Source: a virus (Duplodnaviria > Caudoviricetes). Taken from it: 33,381 bases of DNA. The position numbers were made by a program, and so were the translations under genes. The stretch covers positions 1 to 33,381 of IMG/VR virus record IMGVR_UViG_3300012894_000016; one strand, given 5' to 3'. Shown one piece after another: positions 8,710-18,738 of this stretch. Each line of letters opens with the position of its first letter. The first letter of the stretch is position 1. Below the pieces are notes generated by a model. That model was not told where the DNA came from, did not search any database, and saw only the letters and a list, made by a program, of their open reading frames with translations.

Positions 8710-10392
8710 CTAAGTCGCCATCACGGCGCTGACGGTGGCCTCACGGGCGCGCCGGGCAATGATGGCCGCCCGGGCGCTGTCCTCCGGCTGATCCGCCTCA
8801 CCGATGGCCACCTCGACCGAGTAGTCGCCCTCCTCGCTCACCTGGAAGCGGTAGAGACTGATCGGCCGCACGCTCCGGCTGCGCTCCGTGCCGTCCGGCC
8901 AGCGCCGCACCAGCTCGGCCATGCCCGCCTGGGCGTCGAGCGCCCAGGCAGAGCGCGTCTGGGTATCAAATACGGTGGCCTTCGTCGGATTCACTGCCGG
9001 GAGGCGGAGCATGGTACGGACCTCAGCCAGCAGGCCGTCCATCCTCGGCAGCAGCGGGCAGGCGGCGCGGATCAACATCAGCTTCGAGGCGTCCTGGAAG
9101 TCCACGCTGTACGTGATGCTGCACGGCACGGTGGCCCACAGGGAGGCCAGGAACTCCTGCGCTTCCGTGGAGAAGAGCAGGAAGCCGCCCTTCCCGGTCG
9201 GGTTCTGCACCGTGACCGCCCCGGCTTCGCTGTCGATGGTCAGGCTCCGCAGGGTCGCGTTGTCCGCCACCCATTCGAGGCCGAGCGGCGCCTGATCGGG
9301 ACTGCCCCGGGCGTACTGGACCGTCAGTCGGAGGTTTGTGACTGTCCCACTGCCGGTGTTGCGAAGACTGACATAGGTATTGCGGTCGGCATCTGCCAGC
9401 GCGGCGTCATCTCCATCAGCGGTCAGGTCGGCCGTTCCACTGCCCGCACTGAGCGTGATACCCGGGACGACGTCGATGTCCCCGACGTGCAGCACCCGGT
9501 CGAAGAACTGGCTGTCCACGACGAGGGGCAGCTTCTCCCAGGCCTGCCCGAACGTCGAGCCGTCGTCGAGCGCCAGGGGCAGGGTGGCGATACCTGCCTC
9601 ACTGTCCATAAGCACCTGGACGTTCTTCCCGTCACGCTGGACCGGTCCGGTGCGCAGCAGGACGGTGCCGCCCACCACGCTGCTCCAGAACACCCGCACA
9701 TGCGTGCAGAGCACCTCGGCGTTGGTGCTGGTGTCCTCGAACACCACGCCCTCCGCCTCGTCCAGCAGCAGCGTGCCGGTCGGCGTTCCGAAGACCACCT
9801 CGCGGGCCGCGTTGACCCCGAACACCAGCCCCTCGCGCTTGCCGACGAGCGTCCCGGTCACCAGCGGGCCGACGTTCCGGAAGCGCGGCAGCACGCGGCC
9901 GTTGGGTGTGCCGCCCACGTCGGGAATGCGTTCGGTGCTGGGAATCTGGATGGCGTTTCCGAGCTGGCGGCTCCCGCGGGCGTCGTCGATCGCCTGCCGG
10001 ACCTGGGCGCCCACGTCACCCTGCGCGAGGGCAGACCGGGTCTCGACCTCGTTCAGGCGCAGCAGCCCGCCCATCAGTTTGTAGGTGCCCGGGTCGAGGC
10101 TGTCGGTGTTGCCGTTCTGGACGGCCACGCCGCTGTAGCGGGCGGTCCAGGTGATGCCGTCGGTGCTGTACATGACGTCCACCCAGTCGCGCGGGCCGAT
10201 ACCGAGCGTCGAGGGGTCGCCGGTGAAGGTGGCCTCCCGGCAGATGCCGAGTGGGGCAATTTCCAGACCAGGACCACCGACGAGGTTCAGCACCTTCGTG
10301 AGGCCTTGCTCGTCGAGGCCCAGGCTGTCCTTGAACACCCCGAGCGGGGTATAGATGTCGAGGCGGTAGAAGGTGGGAATGGCGTCGGGCAT
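8710..10392 (-). CDS. Tail-tip/hub-like minor tail protein
   Basis: AGGAGG RBS; 560 aa, immediately after the tape measure; function inferred from position only. Confidence 0.6.
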   Translation of the reverse strand: MPDAIPTFYRLDIYTPLGVFKDSLGLDEQGLTKVLNLVGGPGLEIAPLGICREATFTGDPSTLGIGPRDWVDVMYSTDGITWTARYSGVAVQNGNTDSLDPGTYKLMGGLLRLNEVETRSALAQGDVGAQVRQAIDDARGSRQLGNAIQIPSTERIPDVGGTPNGRVLPRFRNVGPLVTGTLVGKREGLVFGVNAAREVVFGTPTGTLLLDEAEGVVFEDTSTNAEVLCTHVRVFWSSVVGGTVLLRTGPVQRDGKNVQVLMDSEAGIATLPLALDDGSTFGQAWEKLPLVVDSQFFDRVLHVGDIDVVPGITLSAGSGTADLTADGDDAALADADRNTYVSLRNTGSGTVTNLRLTVQYARGSPDQAPLGLEWVADNATLRSLTIDSEAGAVTVQNPTGKGGFLLFSTEAQEFLASLWATVPCSITYSVDFQDASKLMLIRAACPLLPRMDGLLAEVRTMLRLPAVNPTKATVFDTQTRSAWALDAQAGMAELVRRWPDGTERSRSVRPISLYRFQVSEEGDYSVEVAIGEADQPEDSARAAIIARRAREATVSAVMAT

Positions 10393-10404
10393 GGAACGGA
10401 CCTC

Positions 10405-13400
10405 CTAGAGGTTCCTGAGCGAGCCGGTAGTGCTCTGGTAGCGGACGCTGTCGGCCTGGCGGCTGAGGGCGATGTCGAGGGGGATGCCGCGGTCGGTCAG
10501 CACGTCGACGGCCGATTGCAGGCGGGTGACGGTCTGGGAGAGGGTGCTGACGGTGGCGGTCAGGGCCTGGGTATCGACCGACTGCACGACCGGATCGGGG
10601 AGCGTGCCGATCAAGCCCAGGTCGCTCGCGGCACTGCTGGTGCTGCTGGCCGTGTCACTGCCGTACACGCCGAGCTTCTTGCTGGTCGGCACTAGCACGT
10701 TGGTGTAAAACTGCTTGAGCTGCCCGTTGCCCTTGTCGATGGCCCCGCTCAGGTCACTCGCCGCGGCGGCGAGTGCTTCACTGTTCCCTGACTTCATGGC
10801 GGCGATGTACTTGTCCAGGAACGGCTGGATGGTCGCCTGGAACACCGCACTCTTTAGGAAGCCGTCGATCAGCCCCTGCAGGATCTGGGTGCTCAGGCTC
10901 TTCTTGATGTCGATGCCCAGCTCGCCGAAGCTGGCCTTGCCCGCCTTGATGCCGTCGAGCATGCCGCCGCTGATCGCGTCGTAGAGGGCATCTCCAAGCG
11001 TCTTTGCGATGCCAATGCTCTCGGTGTCGATCTCCGACTTCTTGAAGCCCAGGAAGCCGAAGAACCCACCGGCCGAGACGGTCTTGGCGTACTTGCTGAC
11101 GTCGAAGAGCTTGACGTCCTTCGTCGCCGAAGCGATGTCGGCCGCCGCTTTCTTGGCGCTGTTCGCGCCGCCGGTGAAGATGTCCACGATGGTCGAGACC
11201 ACCGTGGCGACACCGCTGATGATGGCCCCAACGGTATCGCCGGTCGCCAGCTTCGAGAGGACGCTGGTCACGCCGTTCACGAAGGTGTTGGTGACCCGGT
11301 CCATGTCCTCGTCACCGGTCGTGAAGACCGCCGCGAGGCCGGAGACCAGGGCCGCCGCGCCCAGCAGGATCGACTTCTTCCCGCCTGAGCTGCCGCCCGC
11401 CTCGAAGTACGCCCCCAGCCCGTCCAGAGCGCTGCTCACACCCGCAGACAGGGCATTCGCCTTGCCCACGATGCCCGAGGCGTCCTTGAAGGCCGAGGCC
11501 AGCCCGCCTGTGGACTTGGTAGCCTGCACCTTCGTCTCCAGATCGGTGATCTTCTGCAGCGCGGCCAAGTACTCGGCCGTGCCCTTCGCGTTCTCGTCCA
11601 TCCCGAGCAGCCGCGCCCGCCAGTACGCCAGCGCCGCGTTCAGCCCGGCGATGTAGGCGGGTGAGCCGTCCTTGCCCTCGACGTCGGCCAGGGCTTTCTG
11701 CGCCTCGACCAGGTTCAGGGCGGCGTCGGCGTCCGCATCGTTTTTCGCCTTGGTAAACGCTTCCGATGCTTTGTCGCCCGCCTGACCGGCAGCCAACACG
11801 ACGTTGTCATACAGTTCCTGGTAGAGCTGCTGCGTCCCGAGCAGGCCGTCCCTCATCCTCTGCTGATCCGGCGTCAGGTCCTCGTCGCGCTTCTCCTTGA
11901 ATTGAGCCAGCCCTTTCGCAAGGTCAGTCAGGGCCTTCTGGTATTCCTCCTTCTTCGAGCTGAAGGCGCTCACGGCTTTGTCGTACGCGTCCTGAGCGTC
12001 CTCCGGCTTGCCGATCGCGCCGAGGTCGGTGGCCGCCTGTGCCCGCACCGGCCCCTGGTCATCGACGATCAGCTTGCTCGCATCCTCACGGGCTTTGTCG
12101 CCCGCCTGGTCGAGCTTCTTCAGCGCCGCGTTCACCTCATCCAGCGCTGCTTTCCCGGCCAGCCCCATGCCGGCATAGGTGGTGCGCCAGAACTCCAGGG
12201 TGTTCCGGGCGCTCTGCCGCTGGGCCGCCTCGGCCGTGTCCACCCCGCCCAGAATGTCGTCCGTGTGCCCCCTCGCCTCTTCGAGTAGGCTTGCTGAGGT
12301 TTCCTTCTGCGCGGCCAGCAGCTGCTTACCGGTCTCGCGCTTCACGCCCAGCCGGTAGTCCCGCTCTGAGTCGTCGAACTCCTGGTTGATGCGGCCCAGC
12401 TCGGCGTTGTGCACCTTCAGGAGCGTGGCCTCCTGAGTGGCAAGCGTGCCGTCTTTCCGGGCCGCCTCTACTGCGTCGTCGTATCGGTCGTTCTCCGCCT
12501 GCACCTCGATGGCCCGAGACGCCTGCACCTCTTTGGCCTTCTGGTCCAGCAGCAGCTTCTGATACCGCTGCCGGATGGCCAGCTTCTGCCCCTCAGTCAG
12601 GTCCTCAGCATCCAGCTCCTCCTGCTGGTGGGCTTCGGTCTCGGCCGTGTCCCGTTTGAACCCGTCGAGCAGGTCCTTGCGGATCGTCGCCTGACTCTCT
12701 CGGTTCATGGTCCGCAGCCGCTCATCGAGCGCCGTCTTCGCATTGACCTCGGTCGTCGCGCGGTCGCTGGCGTTCTTCCCGAGGGTGTTGGTCAGGGCGA
12801 CGCCGATCGCCTCGATCTCCCCAGCCTCGTCCGCTTCCAGCTGTACCCGCTGCTCTGCCGAGATCCCCGCCAGGCTCAGCAGCTTGTCGTACTTCTCCTG
12901 CACCGCCAGGATGTCCCGGTCCGACGCCACTCGCGCGGCCTCGTCGCGGGCCTCCTGGATCTGCTCGCCGTACTGGACTTCGAGCCGGTAAATCTCCGCT
13001 AGGTTGCCCTTCGCGGCGGCTACCGCGTTGTCTCGCTGACCTTCCAGACCGGACGCTGTACTCCCGGTCTGAGCCACCTGAGAATCAAGGTCCGCCTGAT
13101 CGACCTGCGCCGTGGTGAGCTGCTTGTACTTCCTGATCTGGGCGTCGATCAGATCGAGCTTCTTCTTGTCGCCGCCGTTGGCCTCAACCCGGGCACGGGC
13201 GGCCTCCAGTTCAGCGAAGGTGTAGTTCTTGACCGCCTCCTTGAGCTTGCCGAGCTCGCTGTTGTAATTGGCGACGCCCTGCCCCGTCTTCGCCAGCTGC
13301 GCGCCCTGGGCGAGCAGCGCTTGCGCGTTGCCCCGGAGGGCCGGGGGCAGCAGGTCGACCTTGTCTTTGGCGTCCTGCAATGCCTGCCCGTAGGTCTGCA

Positions 13401-16400
13401 GGCTGTCGGCCGTGACCCGGCCCTGCGTGACCTGAGTCTGGAACCGGTCGTTCAGCTGTTTGATGTCCTGGCTCAGAGTCTTGGCGGTCTTGGACTGCTG
13501 CTCAGCCTGCTTCTTCGCCTCATCGACCGCGACCTTCGCCGCGTCCCGGCTGACTGCCAGGTTCTCGGTGTAGGCCTTGTACGCCAGCGTGTTCTCGGTC
13601 TGGAACGCCTTGTCAATCGCCGTTAGTCGGGCATTCAGCTCCCCAGCGTTGGTGATCTTGTCGTTGGCCTCCTTGATCCGCTGGGCCTTGAGCGCCTCGT
13701 TCGCGGCCTTCCGGGTCTGGAGGACCGCCAGCGCCTCGTCATCTGCTGCCTTCTTGATCTGGGGGGCGTAGGCCTTCTGGATGGCGAGCTGCCCGGCAGC
13801 GTTGCCCTCGGCCAGCTTGAGCTGGGTGTCCCGGCTGCGAGTCAGGGTCTGACCGATCAGGCGGGCCGTCTCCTCAGCGTTCGCCACCTGTTGCGCGGCC
13901 AGCTCCCGGCCCTGTCTCGCGGCCTCCTCCGCGTTCGCTGTTGCTTCTTTCCTTAAAGCATTCTGCTTGGCATACACCGCGTTCTGGGCGTTTGAGATCC
14001 GCTCCGCCTGCGCCGAAGCATTGGTGCTGAGGGCCGCTTGGTAGGTGGCCTCAGCTGCTTTATTCAGCTGAATGAGATTCTGGCTGATCAGCGTCTCAGC
14101 CGCCGCCGGTACCTTGCCACCGTTGGCCTTCTTCTGCTTCAGTCGCTCTGTCGTCGCGTCTGCCAGATTCTGCTTCTGCGTGGCCTTGAGCACCTGCAAC
14201 GCCAGGGCATCCTCACCCTTCTTGATCTCCCCGCCCAAGTTCCGCGCGAGGTTCAGGCGGGCCGTGGCATTGCCCTTCTGTGCCGCCAGCTGAGCGTCCA
14301 GTGAAGCCCGCAGGCTGGCGAGGCTGCCCTCGGCCGCCGTCCGGTCGCTGGCTGCCAGGTTCTTCCGCAGGGTGCTGACCGTAGCCGCGTCGTTGATCTC
14401 CGCCTGTACCGTGCTCTTCGAGAAGCCCTCGATCTGCTTCTGGGCGTCGCGTGCCAGGTCGACCAGCTGGCTGTACTTCTCGCTCTGCCCATTGGCTTTC
14501 AGCTCGACATCAGCAGCCTTCTTTGCCGCATCTCGCACGGTGGTGAGCGCTTTCACGGTGGTGGCCGCACTCGTCCCCAGGTCCTTCAGGCTGACGCTGA
14601 TGTTCAGGCTCCGACGCAGGCGGTCGTAGACCGCCCCGTACTTGCTCACTTCAGTGATCGGATTGTTCTTGATCAACGTGGCATAGGCCGCCTGGTTGTT
14701 GGCCGCGAACGCCTTAACGCTCTTCAGCGCTTTGGCCTGCCAGACCTCGTTGCCGCTCAGCAACGCCGCGTTGTAATTGGCCAGCAGCGCCTTGCCTTTA
14801 TCCAGAGTTGCCTTGAGGTAGGCGTCCGTCCCAGGCTTGGGCCCACCTGTCCCACTCGTGCCAGTGCCGGTCGGAGCTGGCTTGGGCGTGGTCGCTTTCG
14901 CCACCGCGGCCGCGACTTTCACCCCATAGCGGGTGGCCAGTTCAGACGCGCTGACCACGCCAGTCGGGTTGCCGAGCGCCGTGATGTACACGTCACCCAC
15001 CACCTGCTTCCCACCGGTGGCCCGGGCCGTGACGCGGTTATTGCCGCGCACGTAGCCATCTTTCAGATAGATGCCGACGTGATTCTGGCCGCCGTCCGTG
15101 TAGAAGACGGCGTCACCCTCATGCAGGTCGCCGAGCCCAGTGTATTTCCTGACCAGCCCCGCCTTAGAGAAGTTCTGGTAAGAGGTCTGCGCCGTGGCGT
15201 ACCCATCTTTACCAGGGTTGGACAGGAACAGGGCGTTGAGTTGATTCGAGATGGTCGGGAACGCGCGGTTGAACGCCAGCCGGACGTACCGGTCGCAATA
15301 ATCGACGATGGCGTCGGCTTCTTTGTTGTTGAAGGGCTTCTCGGTCGCCTTGACCACCGCGCTGCCCAGACGCTGATCCACAGCGACGGGCGCCCCCGCC
15401 GTGCCCTGCACCGTGAAGCTCGGCGCCTTGCCTGACTTGACCGCGCCAGTCACACGCTTGATCTCGGTGGTCAGGGTCACGAGTTCGGCCTTTAGGGCCG
15501 CGTACTGATCCTTGAGGTAGGGGGCATTCTTGAGGTCAATCAGGCCCCCGTCGGCCGCGTCGAAGATGTTCAGCTTGCTCTGCACCGAATCACGGCGCTG
15601 CGTCAGCCGCTGCAGCTTTTGGGCCGTCGCTTCGTCCAGCTGGGTCCCGTCCACTCCCGCTTGCTGCAGGAACTTGCTGAATCCGGGAATACCGCCGTTG
15701 AGCTTGGTGATGATGTCGTTCAGGGTCGTCAGGACGTTCGTCAGCGGCGTGGCGACCAGGTTGGTGATGTTCCCGCCGAGGTCGGACAGGGAGGCCTTCA
15801 GCTTCCGCTGATTGCCGTCCAGGGTATCGAGCATCGTCTTGCTGTAGCTGCTCAGCGAGCCGTTGCTGTTCTTGATCTCCTCGGCGTAGTTCTTCCAGTC
15901 GCCGGTCAGGTTGAGCACGGCGGCGGCCGCACGGGTGTCCATGATGCCCGACACCTTTTGCAGGGCGTCGCCGTTGCCGATCAGCTCACCGGTGCTGGCG
16001 TCCGCCTTGATGCCCATGTCGCGCAGCTTGCTCGACAGGTCCTTCATGATGTCGCCGGCCGTCCGGGCGTGGCCGGTCGTGTCTTCGGTAGCGACGCCCA
16101 GGCTGTGCAAGGCCTCGCGGCCCTTCGGCGTGATGTCAGCCAGCGCCGCGAGGGCGGCGCGCAGGCCGTTGGCGCCCACGTCGGCCGCGCTCATCCCCTT
16201 GTTGTCGAGCTCGACCAGCATGCCGAGCAGGTCATACATCTCGACCTTCGCGGCCCGGCCGGTACCAGCCACGATGCCCAGGCCGGTACTCAGGTCGGCC
16301 ACGCTTCCAGCGGCCAGGAGGCCCGCTTTGGACAGCTCGTCGCCGACCCGGGCCGCATCCTTCACGCCCAACTGGTACTGACGCAGGTTCTTGAGCAGCA

Positions 16401-18120
16401 TGCTGCTGCTCAGCGTCAGGTTCTGGTTCTCGGAGGCCGCCAGCTTGGTGCTGGTGGCCACCAGGATCAGGGCATCTTTGGTACTGACACCGGCCTTGAC
16501 GATGTCGCCCAGCGCGGCCGCCAGTTCGCCCTTGGTGAAGGTCTCGGCGGCGGCATTGCCGCTCTGCTTCAAGCGGTCGAGGCCGACACTGATACCCGCG
16601 AGGTTGGTCTCGCCGTTGGCTTTCAGCACCGCGAAGGCGTTCTCCAGCTGCTTGACCTGACCGATGCCGGCGATCACGGCCGTGACGAACGCGCCGAGCG
16701 TCAGGACCACGGCCCCGATGGCGATGCCGAGCAGCCCGGCCGCGCCGCCCAGGGCCCCCATGCCACCCGCGAGACCGCTGGCCTGTCCAGCAGCCGCGCC
16801 GAGACTGCCGCCCATCTGTTGCACCAGCGGGAAGGCGGTGCGCAGGGCGTTCAGGACGTTGCCGCCCAGACCGAGCGGATTGTTACCTCCCTGGAGAGTG
16901 GCCTGCTCACGGGCGAGACGGGCCTGCAAGTCGGCCAGCTGCTTGGTCTGCTGGGCGGTGAGCGTGGTGCGCTGGCCGAGGGCGGTGATGCGCTGGGTCA
17001 GTTGCTCGACTGACCGCTGGTAGTCGACGAGGGCGTTGCGGCGCTGCGTGTAATTGCCCGCCGCGGCGGCTGCCTGATCGAAGGACGCACGGGCCTGGGA
17101 CAGGCTCAGTTTGAGTTGATCGATGCTCTTGCTGTTGATGCCCTGAGTGGCTGTCCGGAGTTTACCGAACACCGACTCGAGCTTCTGCGCTTCTGTGCTG
17201 CCGGCTACCAAGCTGCTGCGGAGGGCGGCTCCGGCAGTAGTGATGCGCTGCTGCTCGCGCAGGTAGTCACGCAGCGTGATGTCGCCGCGCTGGAAGCGGC
17301 TGTTGGCGATGTCGAGCTCCCGGGAGAGCTGCGCCACACTGGCCGCTGGGCCCGTGCCCAGGCCCTTCAGCGCTGCGCCGGTCTGGCCGCTGCTGATCCG
17401 CAGGGCGTCGAGCTTCTTCTGCTCATCCAGCGTCAAGACGCCGAGGCTGCGTAGGGAGATGATCTCCGCGTCGATGCTGGCCTTCAGCGCCTTCGTGGCG
17501 GTCTCGAACTGGGTACTGTTGATGGCCCCGCTCTTCAGGTCCGCCTGCAGGAGCTTGAGCTGGGCCGAGTAGCTGCTGACACCGGAAGAACTGCCGCTGC
17601 CGCCACCTGGAGGGCCGTTCGGTCGTCCGCCGGAGGCGTTGAGCTGGGTGATTAGGGCGCGGAGGTCGGTGATCACCGTGGCGAACCGGGCGAGCATCGC
17701 GTTGCCGGCCGTCAGGACGGCGTTCAGACCGGTGGTCTGGATGTTGAACAGGCCCCGGACCGTGGTCCCCAGGTTAGAGAGGATGGTCCGGATGTTGGCG
17801 AGTCGGGTGGCCGCGTCGGCGCTGTCCACCGTGATCTTGATGGTCTTCTCGGCCTTCACGCCAGTCAGGGCGGCATTCAGCGCCTTCTGGGTCAGCGGCT
17901 TGACGGCGATGTCGATCTTGACAGTTGCTGTCACGCCTGCCAGGGCCGCCCGAACGTCAGCCACCTTGGGCTTCTGGACGGTGGTCTTCACCTTCAGTTC
18001 GACATTGGTCAGCGGTTTAAGAACGGCAACCGCCTGGGGACTGAACGACCGGAGAGACGCCAGGGCCTTCGCGGTCGAGGCGGTGAGGTCAAGGTGGGCA
18101 CTTCCGACGCTGATGGACAT
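10405..18120 (-). CDS. Tail tape measure protein (2571 aa) with internal NlpC/P60-like domain
   Basis: Very long Ala/Leu/Gln-rich helical ORF after the chaperone pair; TP901-type segment (AARVGDELSKA...GANGLRAAL). Start moved to ATG 18120 (GGAGG RBS, MSISVGSAHLDL). Confidence 0.92.
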   Translation of the reverse strand: MSISVGSAHLDLTASTAKALASLRSFSPQAVAVLKPLTNVELKVKTTVQKPKVADVRAALAGVTATVKIDIAVKPLTQKALNAALTGVKAEKTIKITVDSADAATRLANIRTILSNLGTTVRGLFNIQTTGLNAVLTAGNAMLARFATVITDLRALITQLNASGGRPNGPPGGGSGSSSGVSSYSAQLKLLQADLKSGAINSTQFETATKALKASIDAEIISLRSLGVLTLDEQKKLDALRISSGQTGAALKGLGTGPAASVAQLSRELDIANSRFQRGDITLRDYLREQQRITTAGAALRSSLVAGSTEAQKLESVFGKLRTATQGINSKSIDQLKLSLSQARASFDQAAAAAGNYTQRRNALVDYQRSVEQLTQRITALGQRTTLTAQQTKQLADLQARLAREQATLQGGNNPLGLGGNVLNALRTAFPLVQQMGGSLGAAAGQASGLAGGMGALGGAAGLLGIAIGAVVLTLGAFVTAVIAGIGQVKQLENAFAVLKANGETNLAGISVGLDRLKQSGNAAAETFTKGELAAALGDIVKAGVSTKDALILVATSTKLAASENQNLTLSSSMLLKNLRQYQLGVKDAARVGDELSKAGLLAAGSVADLSTGLGIVAGTGRAAKVEMYDLLGMLVELDNKGMSAADVGANGLRAALAALADITPKGREALHSLGVATEDTTGHARTAGDIMKDLSSKLRDMGIKADASTGELIGNGDALQKVSGIMDTRAAAAVLNLTGDWKNYAEEIKNSNGSLSSYSKTMLDTLDGNQRKLKASLSDLGGNITNLVATPLTNVLTTLNDIITKLNGGIPGFSKFLQQAGVDGTQLDEATAQKLQRLTQRRDSVQSKLNIFDAADGGLIDLKNAPYLKDQYAALKAELVTLTTEIKRVTGAVKSGKAPSFTVQGTAGAPVAVDQRLGSAVVKATEKPFNNKEADAIVDYCDRYVRLAFNRAFPTISNQLNALFLSNPGKDGYATAQTSYQNFSKAGLVRKYTGLGDLHEGDAVFYTDGGQNHVGIYLKDGYVRGNNRVTARATGGKQVVGDVYITALGNPTGVVSASELATRYGVKVAAAVAKATTPKPAPTGTGTSGTGGPKPGTDAYLKATLDKGKALLANYNAALLSGNEVWQAKALKSVKAFAANNQAAYATLIKNNPITEVSKYGAVYDRLRRSLNISVSLKDLGTSAATTVKALTTVRDAAKKAADVELKANGQSEKYSQLVDLARDAQKQIEGFSKSTVQAEINDAATVSTLRKNLAASDRTAAEGSLASLRASLDAQLAAQKGNATARLNLARNLGGEIKKGEDALALQVLKATQKQNLADATTERLKQKKANGGKVPAAAETLISQNLIQLNKAAEATYQAALSTNASAQAERISNAQNAVYAKQNALRKEATANAEEAARQGRELAAQQVANAEETARLIGQTLTRSRDTQLKLAEGNAAGQLAIQKAYAPQIKKAADDEALAVLQTRKAANEALKAQRIKEANDKITNAGELNARLTAIDKAFQTENTLAYKAYTENLAVSRDAAKVAVDEAKKQAEQQSKTAKTLSQDIKQLNDRFQTQVTQGRVTADSLQTYGQALQDAKDKVDLLPPALRGNAQALLAQGAQLAKTGQGVANYNSELGKLKEAVKNYTFAELEAARARVEANGGDKKKLDLIDAQIRKYKQLTTAQVDQADLDSQVAQTGSTASGLEGQRDNAVAAAKGNLAEIYRLEVQYGEQIQEARDEAARVASDRDILAVQEKYDKLLSLAGISAEQRVQLEADEAGEIEAIGVALTNTLGKNASDRATTEVNAKTALDERLRTMNRESQATIRKDLLDGFKRDTAETEAHQQEELDAEDLTEGQKLAIRQRYQKLLLDQKAKEVQASRAIEVQAENDRYDDAVEAARKDGTLATQEATLLKVHNAELGRINQEFDDSERDYRLGVKRETGKQLLAAQKETSASLLEEARGHTDDILGGVDTAEAAQRQSARNTLEFWRTTYAGMGLAGKAALDEVNAALKKLDQAGDKAREDASKLIVDDQGPVRAQAATDLGAIGKPEDAQDAYDKAVSAFSSKKEEYQKALTDLAKGLAQFKEKRDEDLTPDQQRMRDGLLGTQQLYQELYDNVVLAAGQAGDKASEAFTKAKNDADADAALNLVEAQKALADVEGKDGSPAYIAGLNAALAYWRARLLGMDENAKGTAEYLAALQKITDLETKVQATKSTGGLASAFKDASGIVGKANALSAGVSSALDGLGAYFEAGGSSGGKKSILLGAAALVSGLAAVFTTGDEDMDRVTNTFVNGVTSVLSKLATGDTVGAIISGVATVVSTIVDIFTGGANSAKKAAADIASATKDVKLFDVSKYAKTVSAGGFFGFLGFKKSEIDTESIGIAKTLGDALYDAISGGMLDGIKAGKASFGELGIDIKKSLSTQILQGLIDGFLKSAVFQATIQPFLDKYIAAMKSGNSEALAAAASDLSGAIDKGNGQLKQFYTNVLVPTSKKLGVYGSDTASSTSSAASDLGLIGTLPDPVVQSVDTQALTATVSTLSQTVTRLQSAVDVLTDRGIPLDIALSRQADSVRYQSTTGSLRNL

Positions 18121-18132
18121 AGGGCCTCCAGG

Positions 18133-18158
18133 AACAAAAAACCACCCTGTCGGGCGGC
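18133..18158 (-). terminator. Intrinsic terminator immediately upstream of the tape measure RBS
   Basis: GCCGCCC-GACA-GGGTGGT followed by TTTTTGTT. Confidence 0.7.
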
Positions 18159-18237
18159 AACGTCTGCATTTGGGTTGAATTGATTCAAATCTCAGGCCGC
18201 ATGGGCGCACACACGGCCTGAGTCGTGGAGGCAGGAC

Positions 18238-18738
18238 TTATCCCTCGAATTCGAGTTCGCCTGCTTCCTCCTCGCGATAGGTCCTTGCCGTCTCGACCAC
18301 ACGGTCCCACGGCGTTTCGGAATTGATGATCTGCACCACCCAACTGGCGTTTTTGAGCAGCCCCGTTTCGGCGGCCTCGACCAGCCACGCACAGTGGTGC
18401 GGCTCGAGTACTGGCGGGGGTGGCCCAAAGCCCTCCGGTCGGGCGAACCAGGGCAGGAATTCCTGCGCCGTGAACGTCTTGCGCGGGTCCGCCTTCTTTC
18501 CGCCGTCGGCCTTGCCACCATTGACGTTGCCGAGCATCGCTGTGAGCTGCGCGAGGGGCCAGACCCGGCGCAGGTACACCATGGGTAGGCCCTCCCACAC
18601 CATGGCGCTGACGAGGCTGGGCGTTTCCATGCAGCGCTCCCAGCTCCATCCACACTCGGTCATCAGATCAACGAAGACGATGTTCCAGAAGTCGGTGTCA
18701 CTCAGGCGCTCAGTTCCTCCGCGCCTTCGGCGTTTGGG
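18238..18738 (-). CDS. Tail assembly chaperone, frameshifted extension (gpT-like part of a gpGT fusion)
   Basis: The frame is open from just upstream of slippery site CCCAAAC (18732-18738) and lies -1 relative to 18702..19418. No clear RBS at ATG 18663. Confidence 0.75.
   Translation of the reverse strand, partial: PKRRRRGGTERLSDTDFWNIVFVDLMTECGWSWERCMETPSLVSAMVWEGLPMVYLRRVWPLAQLTAMLGNVNGGKADGGKKADPRKTFTAQEFLPWFARPEGFGPPPPVLEPHHCAWLVEAAETGLLKNASWVVQIINSETPWDRVVETARTYREEEAGELEFEG

Noticed and set aside
18121-18210. N-terminal extensions in the ORF track (tape measure to 18210, protease to 26305, terS to 30751, endolysin to 1059)
   Set aside because: They cross terminators or neighbouring genes; downstream starts have clear SD sequences.
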